A stretch of 32,000 nucleotides of DNA from assembly GCF_005696695.1 (NCBI RefSeq), contig NZ_CP040006.1, positions 1,470,001 to 1,502,000 on the forward strand. Reading direction: 5' to 3'. The notes beneath the pieces were generated by a model that saw only the letters and a list, made by a program, of their open reading frames with translations, had not been told where the DNA came from and made no database searches. Each line of letters begins with the position of its first letter. The first letter of the stretch is position 1. A program made the translations under genes and the position numbers. Source of the stretch: Schaalia odontolytica (GTDB lineage Bacteria; Actinomycetota; Actinomycetes; Actinomycetales; Actinomycetaceae). Of this stretch, positions 22,214-29,246 are shown one piece after another.

Positions 22214-23947
22214 TCACGGGGTCGTCGGATACAGGTTAGCCGACCCCGTAGACGCGGGGATACCCAGGTTCGCGACCGCCGTACGCGCAATGTCGCCAAA
22301 AAGCGGGGCTGACGAATCAGATGAGACCGACGCCACCCTCGGATTGTAGAGAACCACGGCGATCGCCAGGCGCGGCGCGTCCGCGGGGATAATACCCGCG
22401 GTGGTCGACACGAGGCCCGCAGCGCCGTCGATAACGGTCTCAGCGGTACCCGTCTTCACACCGACCCGGTAGCCCGGGACCTTCGCGGCACCAGCGGTAC
22501 CCAGGTCATCCTCAACGACGGATTCCATCATGGTCAGCAGCTGCGAAGCAGCCTGCGCATCCATGACCTGCACGGGCTGGCTGGTATCGGGAACCTCGAC
22601 CGTTCCATCCGCGTTCGTCCACGACTTCACGATGTGCGGCGAAATGCGCACTCCCCCATTCGCGATCGTCGCGATTGCGGAAGCCTCCTGCATCGCCGTA
22701 ATCGCGTAGGCCTGACCGAACATCGTCACGTAGCGATCGCGGCCCTGCCACTGGTCGGCACTGCGCAGCAGACCGGAAGATTCACCGGGCAGCTCGATAC
22801 CGGTCTCCTGACCAAAGCCGAAGCCGCGCATCATGGAGTAGCGCTGATCATCGCTCATCGTCTGACCGATGAGTACCGTTCCCGTGTTCGAGGACTCCGC
22901 CAACACACCCGTCGCCGTCAAGGTCTCACCATCGTGCTCGTGGAAGTCCGTGATCGGGCCACCGGCATCGGGCAGATCCAGCGCGTAGGGAACCTGGAAG
23001 ACACTCGTCGGGGTGATCGTCCCCTGGTTGAGAGCCGCTCCCACGGTCACGAGTTTGCCCACCGAGCCCGGCTCGAAGGTGTCCTGCACAGCGTGCACCT
23101 TCTGAGGCTTGGCGTTGTCGGGTTCCGTTGAGTTCGAATCCGCCATGACGAGGACATGCCCCGTCGCGACATCTTCGATGACGACCGCGCCCCAGTCGGC
23201 CTGGTGCTTTGCGACGCGCGCATCCAGAAGATCCTGCACCTGGTGCTGAAGGTCAGCGTGCAGCGTCAGCTCGACGTTGCCACCGTTCTTGGGCTCCACC
23301 GTCGTCTTCTTGCCGCCGGGCATGACGGCGCCGTTAGGAGCGATCTCAAAGGCCTGCGCGCCCGGGGTACCCGTCAGAAAGGCGTCGAACTGTGCCTCCA
23401 TGCCCGAGGAACCCTGTCCTTCGGCGTTCACAGTACCGATGACCGGGGCCGCCACGTTGCCGTTGGGGTATTCGCGTTCGAAGACGGACTCCCACTCAAT
23501 CCCGTAGATGTCCAATTTACGGATCTCACGGTAGGTCACCGCATCGACGTTTCGCTTGATGTACTCGTAGGTCGAGTCGCCCAGCATCATGCCGCCCAGC
23601 TCAGCCTCGTTCATGCCGAGGAGCGGGGCGAGCTGACGAGCGGCCTCAGCGGGGCCGCGCCCGACCTCGTTGCCGTCATCGTCGCGGTGCACATAGGCGC
23701 GAATATTCACCTGGTTGACGGCGATATCGTAGGTCTGGATCGAGTTCGCCAGCACCACTCCGGTTGCGTCGGTGATCGTTCCGCGCGCGGCCGCAACTTC
23801 CGTCGAGGAAGTGCGCACACGCTGCCCCTGGGCGGCCAGGGATGGGCCTTCAATGATCTGCAGCTGCACGAGCCGCACGGCGCAGATGCTCAGGGCAAAG
23901 ATGAAGAATCCCAAGACCCAGCGCGAACGCGTGATGACGGTATCCAT
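22214..23947 (-). CDS. ftsI: Class B penicillin-binding protein (division transpeptidase FtsI/PbpB)
   Basis: N-terminal TM, a PBP dimerisation region, and a transpeptidase domain (FEPGSVGKLVT = SxxK, SSN, KTGT). I prefer the ATG at 23947, 9 nt after GGAGG. GTG at 23953 is possible. Confidence 0.9.
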   Translation of the reverse strand: MDTVITRSRWVLGFFIFALSICAVRLVQLQIIEGPSLAAQGQRVRTSSTEVAAARGTITDATGVVLANSIQTYDIAVNQVNIRAYVHRDDDGNEVGRGPAEAARQLAPLLGMNEAELGGMMLGDSTYEYIKRNVDAVTYREIRKLDIYGIEWESVFEREYPNGNVAAPVIGTVNAEGQGSSGMEAQFDAFLTGTPGAQAFEIAPNGAVMPGGKKTTVEPKNGGNVELTLHADLQHQVQDLLDARVAKHQADWGAVVIEDVATGHVLVMADSNSTEPDNAKPQKVHAVQDTFEPGSVGKLVTVGAALNQGTITPTSVFQVPYALDLPDAGGPITDFHEHDGETLTATGVLAESSNTGTVLIGQTMSDDQRYSMMRGFGFGQETGIELPGESSGLLRSADQWQGRDRYVTMFGQAYAITAMQEASAIATIANGGVRISPHIVKSWTNADGTVEVPDTSQPVQVMDAQAASQLLTMMESVVEDDLGTAGAAKVPGYRVGVKTGTAETVIDGAAGLVSTTAGIIPADAPRLAIAVVLYNPRVASVSSDSSAPLFGDIARTAVANLGIPASTGSANLYPTTP

Positions 23948-23964
23948 AGGCACTCGCCTCCGAG

Positions 23965-24357
23965 TTACTTCGCGGGGGTTCCAGCCTCGACAGTGCCGGT
24001 CTCAAGCGTGATGAAACCCGACTTGCCGGCGGGCACCATGCCGTTCGCCTTGGCCGCCTTCTCCAGTTCCGTCGGCGAGGCCTTACGGTCCAGCTCAGCG
24101 CGCATGGTCCACGACTGCGCCTCCAGTTCGTTGAGCACGAGCTGCTGCTCGCGGATCTCAAAGGAGGTCTGCGCCATGCGGGTGTTGAGCACCATCGAGG
24201 TCACCACGGACGCCAGAGCGACGACGACGAGGAGGGCCACGACGGCCATCAGGGAACGGCGCGGGCGGGTGCCCTGGACGAGACGAAGCTCGTGGACCTC
24301 GTCGCGGCGCAGCTCGGGGCGCGCTGCGGGACGTGCCTTCGCGGTTGCTGCACTCAT
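23965..24357 (-). CDS. ftsL: FtsL-like bitopic division protein
   Basis: 130 aa: basic N-terminus, one TM (LMAVVALLVVVALASVVTSMVL), then a coiled-coil-like segment. It sits in the conserved slot between rsmH and ftsI. ATG 24357 forms an ATGA overlap with the rsmH stop and follows GGAAGGA. The call is by position and architecture. Confidence 0.65.
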   Translation of the reverse strand: MSAATAKARPAARPELRRDEVHELRLVQGTRPRRSLMAVVALLVVVALASVVTSMVLNTRMAQTSFEIREQQLVLNELEAQSWTMRAELDRKASPTELEKAAKANGMVPAGKSGFITLETGTVEAGTPAK

Positions 24358-25361
24358 GCGAGGTCCTTCCATTCACGGATGAGCTCCGCGCCGCGCAGTC
24401 GCACGGAAGCGGATCGGGGATTGTGGTCTTGTTCGGCCTGGTCGGCCTTGTTTGCGCCCTTTGTCAGCAGGCGCAGGCTGGGAGCCATCTCATCGGGGAT
24501 GATCGGCAGTCCGGGAGGCGCTGCGGACGTGGAGCCGCGGCGCAGCACATCTTTGACTATTCGGTCTTCGAGGCTTTGGTAGGACTCCACGACGAGGCGC
24601 CCGCCGACCCTCAGACTGGACAGCGCCCGCGGAAGCGCCCGCTCCAAGATGGTCAACTCGTCGTTGACCGCAACGCGCAGCGCCTGGAACGTGCGTTTCG
24701 CCGGGTTGCCGCCCGTGCGCCTCGCAGGTGCCGGGATTGCCTCGCGAATGATGTCCACGAGCTCTCCTGTGCGAGTGATGGGGGCGTCGTCTCGGCGGCG
24801 GATGATGAGCCTGGCGATCCGGGGTGCAAACTTCTCTTCGCCGTAGGTGCGCAGGATACGGATCAGTTCGCCTTCCGAGGCGGTGGCCAGCAGGTCCGCC
24901 GCGCTCTGCCCGCTCGTCGCGTCCATTCGCATGTCAAGCGGAGCGTCCTTCGAGTAGGCGAAGCCGCGGTCGGCCTCGTCGAGCTGGAGGGATGACACTC
25001 CCAGGTCCATAAGAACGCCGTCCACGCGAGCGCCCGCACCGAGCTGCTCCTCAACGGCCACATCGATGTTGTCGTAGGTGGTGTGAACCGCGCGGAAACG
25101 CGTCCCGAAGCGCTCGAGGCGCGCCGAGGCCAACTCGATAGCCTGGGGGTCGCGGTCAATGCCAATGACGGTGAGCCCCTCGAAACGCTCGAGAGCTCCC
25201 TCCGTGTGCCCGCCCATGCCCAGCGTTCCATCCACGAGGACGGCACCGGGGCGCTCGATCGCCGGGGCGAGCATGTCGAGGCACTCGCGTAGCAGCACGG
25301 GGACGTGACGCTCGCTCGCGGGGCGCGACGAATCGCGCACCGACTCCGATGCATCGCGCAT
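24354..25361 (-). CDS. rsmH: 16S rRNA m4C1402 methyltransferase RsmH (MraW)
   Basis: HVPVLLRECLDML...VDGTLGMGGH...DLGVSSLQLD...SYQSLEDRIVK are RsmH motifs. ATG is preceded by AAAGGAGG. Confidence 0.96.
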   Translation of the reverse strand: MRDASESVRDSSRPASERHVPVLLRECLDMLAPAIERPGAVLVDGTLGMGGHTEGALERFEGLTVIGIDRDPQAIELASARLERFGTRFRAVHTTYDNIDVAVEEQLGAGARVDGVLMDLGVSSLQLDEADRGFAYSKDAPLDMRMDATSGQSAADLLATASEGELIRILRTYGEEKFAPRIARLIIRRRDDAPITRTGELVDIIREAIPAPARRTGGNPAKRTFQALRVAVNDELTILERALPRALSSLRVGGRLVVESYQSLEDRIVKDVLRRGSTSAAPPGLPIIPDEMAPSLRLLTKGANKADQAEQDHNPRSASVRLRGAELIREWKDLA

Positions 25362-25472
25362 GTCGCGCCTCCTTTACGTTTATCGCCTCGATCCGTCCAC
25401 CCAGGTCCCCCACCGTGCTCCGCCACCGGGGAAGTGATGTCGGAACAGCGGGCGGAGACCTGGACGTACGGG

Positions 25473-25904
25473 TCAGAACATCCCGGGAATAATCTCTTCT
25501 GCTGTATTGGAGAAGACCTCCTCCTGGACAGCGAGGTATTCGCGCCAGGCCGAGGCATCCCAGATTTCAGCTCGCGAGCCCGCGCCAATGACGGCGAGCT
25601 CACGACCCAGACCGGCGTATGCACGCAGGTCTGCGGGGACGCTAATGCGCCCCTGCTTGTCCGGGACCTCCTTATAGGCACCCGAGAGCATCACACGAAT
25701 CCAGTCACGCGCCTGCTTGGACGACAGGGGCGCGCGGCGCAGTTCCGCGGTCATGTTCTCGAACTCCGACGCAGGGAATGCGTAGATGCAGTGCTCTTGT
25801 CCGCGAGTGAGGACGATTCCGCCCTCCATGTCCTCGCGAAAGCGCGCGGGCAGGAACATGCGACCCTTGTCGTCGAGCTTGGGCTCGTACGTACCGAGGA
25901 ACAT
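25473..25904 (-). CDS. mraZ: Transcriptional regulator MraZ
   Basis: 143 aa, [23 protein letters not shown]... with the duplicated DxxGR motif (second copy [10 protein letters not shown]). First gene of the dcw cluster. Confidence 0.96.
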   Translation of the reverse strand: MFLGTYEPKLDDKGRMFLPARFREDMEGGIVLTRGQEHCIYAFPASEFENMTAELRRAPLSSKQARDWIRVMLSGAYKEVPDKQGRISVPADLRAYAGLGRELAVIGAGSRAEIWDASAWREYLAVQEEVFSNTAEEIIPGMF

Positions 25905-25933
25905 GTCACCGCCCTCCCCTGTTCGGAACTCTC

Positions 25934-25958
25934 CCCCACTTTAACCCACCAAACCCCA
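25934..25958 (-). promoter_or_regulatory. Candidate MraZ operator: three TGGGN direct repeats at 10-bp period
   Basis: In the mraZ sense the sequence reads TGGGG-TTTGG-TGGGT-TAAAG-TGGGG (25958-25934), ending 29 nt upstream of the mraZ ATG. The spacing and motif equal the E. coli MraZ operator architecture, which is three TGGGN repeats with 5-nt spacers between the promoter and mraZ. Confidence 0.6.
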
Positions 25959-26194
25959 TATTTACGCAGGAACTTACGGCGTGGCGCGAGATACATCGAG
26001 GAAAAATGGCGGAATTGCAGCGAAAAAATCAGGTGGAGAAAAGTGGGGAAATCTTGCACACACTCGGTGAGTCGCACCATCATGGACGACGGCTGTCAGA
26101 GACGATAACGAGATGCAAAACAGGTGCAATTCGTTGCTATTACAGCGTTTTCACGAGGCATGGGAGCGTTTGGAGGGCACCGGTGCCACTCTCG

Positions 26195-26432
26195 GGGAGG
26201 ACAGTGGGGAGGGAGGTGGGGAATCCCAGGGAGCGCAGTGGGGAGCACAGTGGGGAGCACAGTGGGGAGCACAGTGGGGAGCACAGTGGGGAGCACAGTG
26301 GGGAGCACAGTGGGGAGCGCAGTGGGGAGCGCAGTGGGGAGCGCAGTGGGGAGCGCAGTGGGGAGCGCAGTGGGGAGCGCAGTGGGGAGCGCAGTGGGGA
26401 GCGCAGTGGGGAGCGCAGTGGGGAGCGCAGTG
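26195..26432 (+). repeat. 12-bp tandem repeat array, 17 perfect copies plus about 3 degenerate copies
   Basis: GGGAGCRCAGTG is repeated head-to-tail from 26229 to 26432 (204 bp). R is G in unit 1, A in units 2-7 and G in units 8-17. Degenerate copies lie at 26195-26206 (GGGAGGACAGTG), 26207-26218 (GGGAGGGAGGTG) and 26219-26228. The array is intergenic. Confidence 0.97.
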
Positions 26433-26470
26433 AAGCGGGGCGAGCCGGCTAAACCGGCTCGCCCCGCTTC
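26432..26470 (-). terminator. Perfect 17-bp GC-rich stem-loop downstream of the DUF3040 gene
   Basis: GAAGCGGGGCGAGCCGG (26432-26448), loop CTAAA, CCGGCTCGCCCCGCTTC (26454-26470). It starts 18 nt after the stop at 26489 and has no U-tract on either strand. It directly abuts the last repeat unit. Confidence 0.6.
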
Positions 26471-26488
26471 ATCAGTCGGATGGAACGC

Positions 26489-26905
26489 CTAGTCGTTGTC
26501 TCGACGGTCGTCCCAGCGGCGTTCCTGATCCTGGATGAAGGAACTCCATCCGCTGCTCTTGTCTACGCCACGCGCGGACGATTCGTCGGCCGACTCTGAC
26601 GACGATGCCCCCGGGCGCGACAGGGCGTAGAGGATACCGGCGACCGTCAGCGCGAAACCGGCGACCCCCAGGAGGATCGAGAGGATCGAGTAGCCCAGCG
26701 ACACGGCAGCGACCAGGACGACCATGCCCAGGACCGCTCCGGTCAGGCCCAGCGCGATGCGACGCGGCGCGCGCGGTCCGTGAGCCGGCTCGGGGTCCTC
26801 TTCGACCGCGGGGGCGGACATCTGGGAGGCCAACGCCGGGTCTTCCTCGCGCAGGGATGCTTCCATCTGCTCGAGGATCTTCTTCTCGTACTCGGTGAGA
26901 GCCAT
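26489..26905 (-). CDS. DUF3040-family small membrane protein
   Basis: MALTEYEKKILEQMEASLREEDPALASQM is the DUF3040 N-terminal helix, followed by two TM segments. A conserved actinobacterial neighbour of mraZ. Confidence 0.8.
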   Translation of the reverse strand: MALTEYEKKILEQMEASLREEDPALASQMSAPAVEEDPEPAHGPRAPRRIALGLTGAVLGMVVLVAAVSLGYSILSILLGVAGFALTVAGILYALSRPGASSSESADESSARGVDKSSGWSSFIQDQERRWDDRRDND

Positions 26906-26972
26906 TGGGTGCCCCTTTCGGACGGTAGTGTCCTCAGCTTAGCGCGTGTGACATGCCGGAGACGAACTGGCC

Positions 26973-28316
26973 TTACAGGAGCGTTCCCTGTGTGGGCTCT
27001 TCGTTTCCGGGGTCATTCCCCTGCCCGTGCGCCGAAGCGTTGGAACCGGCGGGAGGAGCCCCGGCCTCGTTGCTATCCCCACCGAAGGAGCGCCTGCCCG
27101 GCACCTTCTTACCCAGGAGCGTGGCAGGGGCGAGGGCGCCCGCGCCGAACTTGTCACGGATCTGATCCATCGCGCGCTCGGAGGCGGCGGGCCTCTCATC
27201 GCGGTCGAGCGTGACGGCGACGCCGCCCGAGCGCGCCTGCAGCCCCTCTACGCGCACGCCGAAGAGCCGCACTCCCCCGATCGGCATGTTCTCGCGGGCA
27301 AACAGGCCCTGTGCCGCCTGCGCAATATCGCGCCCCGTATCGGTGGGGGCCACGAGGCTCACGCTGCGTGTGATCGTATGAAAATCGGTGCCGCGCATCT
27401 TGATGCCCACAGTCCACCCCACAACCCCTCCGGCGCGCAGCCTGCGGGCGCAGTCGTGCGAGGCCGCCAGGATGAAGTCTTCAATGTCGGCCCGCGAGCG
27501 CACGTCCTCCTCGAAGGTTCGTTCCATGCCGACCGATTTCTCCGCGCGTGTGGGGGCGACGGGACGCGGGTCGATGCCCCACGACAGGTCGTGCAAGTGG
27601 TGGGCTGAGGCGACGCCAAGGAGCTTGGTGAGGCGTGTGAGTGGGGCGTTGGCCAGGTCCCCGATCGTGTCGATCCCCTCCCGATCGAGGATCGCCGCGG
27701 TCTTTCCCCCGACTCCCCACAGTGCTCCAACGGGCAGTCCGTGGAGGAAGTCGACCGTGGCCGCCTGCGGGATGAGGAGCAGGCCGTCGGGCTTGGCGTG
27801 CGAGGAGGCAATTTTGGCAACCGACTTGGTGGCGGCGATTCCGACGGATGCGGGCAGCCCGACGGCTTCGCGGATACGCGTACGAATGAGTCGAGCGATC
27901 CGGGTGGGCGATCCCAGCCTGCGGCGCGCCCCGGAGACGTCGAGGAAGGCCTCGTCGATGGAGACCTGCTCGAGGTCGGGGGTAACGGTGGCGAGAATCG
28001 CCATCACCTGGCGGGAGTAGCGTTGATAGAGGCCGTGGTTGCCGGGGATGAAAGCGGCGCCTGGGCACAGGGCGCGGGCGCGCGAGGTGGGCATGCCGGC
28101 GCGCACGCCCAGGGCACGGGCCTCGTAGGTGGCGGAAGTGACGACTCCGCGCCCGGACGTGCCGCCCACGATGATGGGGCGGCCGACGAGGCTCGGGTCC
28201 TCGCGCATTTCGACCTGCGCGAAGAAGGAGTCCATGTCGACGTGCAGGATCGGCGTGGCGCTATCGTCCGATCCCCAGTCGCGTTTGGCGCGCGCGTCCC
28301 TGGGAGCGTTTGACAT
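26973..28316 (-). CDS. dinB: Y-family DNA polymerase IV
   Basis: ILHVDMDSFFAQVEMREDPSLVGRPIIVGG...GVVTSATYEARALGVRAGMP...SIDEAFLDV are Y-family catalytic motifs. ATG is preceded by AGGAGG with 4-nt spacing. Confidence 0.93.
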   Translation of the reverse strand: MSNAPRDARAKRDWGSDDSATPILHVDMDSFFAQVEMREDPSLVGRPIIVGGTSGRGVVTSATYEARALGVRAGMPTSRARALCPGAAFIPGNHGLYQRYSRQVMAILATVTPDLEQVSIDEAFLDVSGARRRLGSPTRIARLIRTRIREAVGLPASVGIAATKSVAKIASSHAKPDGLLLIPQAATVDFLHGLPVGALWGVGGKTAAILDREGIDTIGDLANAPLTRLTKLLGVASAHHLHDLSWGIDPRPVAPTRAEKSVGMERTFEEDVRSRADIEDFILAASHDCARRLRAGGVVGWTVGIKMRGTDFHTITRSVSLVAPTDTGRDIAQAAQGLFARENMPIGGVRLFGVRVEGLQARSGGVAVTLDRDERPAASERAMDQIRDKFGAGALAPATLLGKKVPGRRSFGGDSNEAGAPPAGSNASAHGQGNDPGNEEPTQGTLL

Positions 28317-28363
28317 GTCACCTCCTGTGCCCGTGGGCGTCGTCCATGGTTACAGTGTCCACC

Positions 28364-29185
28364 ATGGCACGCTCATCTTCGTCACGCGACGTCTCCTTCG
28401 ACACGGATTTCGGTCCGGCCCGTATCCGCTGGGACGGTCCGCGCGCGACGCTGTTCCTAGGCGACGTCGAATCGTCCGCGGTCGACACGTCGGACCCCAC
28501 GTACTTGGAGTTCGAGTACATGCAGCACATGGACGCCGTCGTGTCGTCCCTGTGGGGTCCCCAGGATCGTTTCCGCGCACTCCACGTGGGCGGCGCGGCC
28601 TGCGCACTTGCGTGCGCCTGGTCCTCGTCTCGCCCGAATTCGCGCCACGTCGCAGTAGAGGTCGACCGTCTTTTGGCCGAGCAGGTGCGTGAACATTTCC
28701 CCATTCCCAAGGCCCCGCAGGTCAAGATCCGCGTTGGTGACGGGCGCGCGGTCCTCGACGAGGCACGAGAGGGTTCTTTCGACGTCATCGTGCGCGACGC
28801 CTTCGCGTCGGGCGTGACTCCCGATCATCTGCGCACGGTGGAGTGCGCCGACCGGGCACGGCGCACCCTCACGGCCTCGGGGGTGTACCTCGTCAATTGC
28901 GCGCACGGAGGACCTGCCAACGCGCGCCAGGACGTGGCCGCCCTGCAGGAGGTGTTCCCCTTTGTGGCATCCATCCAGGACCCGAAGGTGGGGCGAGGGG
29001 GACGGCGCGGCAACGTCGTCGCCCTGGCGAGCGCCGCCGACGTCGTGGACGTTGATCAGATCGATCGGGCCCTGCGCACCCTGCCTCTCCCAGCCCGCAT
29101 TACGAGGCCGGCCGACCTGACACGCTGGGTCGCGGGCACGCCGGCGCTGACAGACTCACTGGTGGGCTACCCGCAGGCCGACTGA
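28364..29185 (+). CDS. Spermidine-synthase-like SAM-dependent methyltransferase family protein
   Basis: FEYMQHM...ALHVGGAACALA...VEVD...GDGRAVL...FDVIVRDAF resembles the class I MTase / spermidine synthase-like fold. The start is uncertain (ATG at 28310, 28346 or 28364). 28310 would overlap the divergent dinB start. Confidence 0.6.
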   Translation: MARSSSSRDVSFDTDFGPARIRWDGPRATLFLGDVESSAVDTSDPTYLEFEYMQHMDAVVSSLWGPQDRFRALHVGGAACALACAWSSSRPNSRHVAVEVDRLLAEQVREHFPIPKAPQVKIRVGDGRAVLDEAREGSFDVIVRDAFASGVTPDHLRTVECADRARRTLTASGVYLVNCAHGGPANARQDVAALQEVFPFVASIQDPKVGRGGRRGNVVALASAADVVDVDQIDRALRTLPLPARITRPADLTRWVAGTPALTDSLVGYPQAD

Positions 29186-29246
29186 CTCTCCCGGCACGCG
29201 CGGGTGAATTCACGCGCACGGGCGAGCCCAGGTGCGTGGATAGAGC

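Noticed and set aside
8183-24382. Other long antisense or out-of-frame ORFs (for example 8183-9193, 9509-10372, 12198-13415, 14394-15992, 17428-18438, 18209-19744, 19486-20976, 23156-24382)
   Set aside because: Each lies opposite to, or out of frame with, a conserved dcw or housekeeping gene. All have Arg/Gly/His/Asp-rich compositions with no recognisable motifs, so they are high-GC artefacts.
25397-25426. Three GGTGG motifs (minus sense) at a 13-bp period in the mraZ-rsmH intergenic region
   Set aside because: The motif is very short in a GC-rich context, and the period matches neither the 10-bp operator nor the 12-bp array. Chance occurrence is likely, so it is noted only as a possible secondary MraZ site.
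24863-25681. 272-aa minus-strand ORF spanning the rsmH 5' half, the intergenic gap and the mraZ 3' end
   Set aside because: It is out of frame with two confidently identified genes and crosses their intergenic region. The Ser/Arg/Pro/Thr-rich translation is not protein-like.
26195-26432. CRISPR array interpretation of the repeat
   Set aside because: The units are directly adjacent with no spacers and are only 12 bp long. No cas genes are in the window.
26006-26492. Four ORFs through the tandem array (26006-26452, 26113-26433 and 26124-26492 plus; 26096-26308 minus) encoding [20 protein letters not shown] or LPTV repeats
   Set aside because: The frames are open only because the 12-bp unit is a multiple of 3 and lacks stops. 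There is no convincing RBS, the upstream parts lie in AT-richer promoter-like DNA, and all frames are equally open. That argues for a non-coding repeat.
29197-29222. Palindrome GTGAATTCAC with flanking GCGC pairs between the convergent methyltransferase and PAC2 genes
   Set aside because: It is short and imperfect beyond the 10-bp palindrome. It is probably just a weak bidirectional terminator and does not recur elsewhere in the window.
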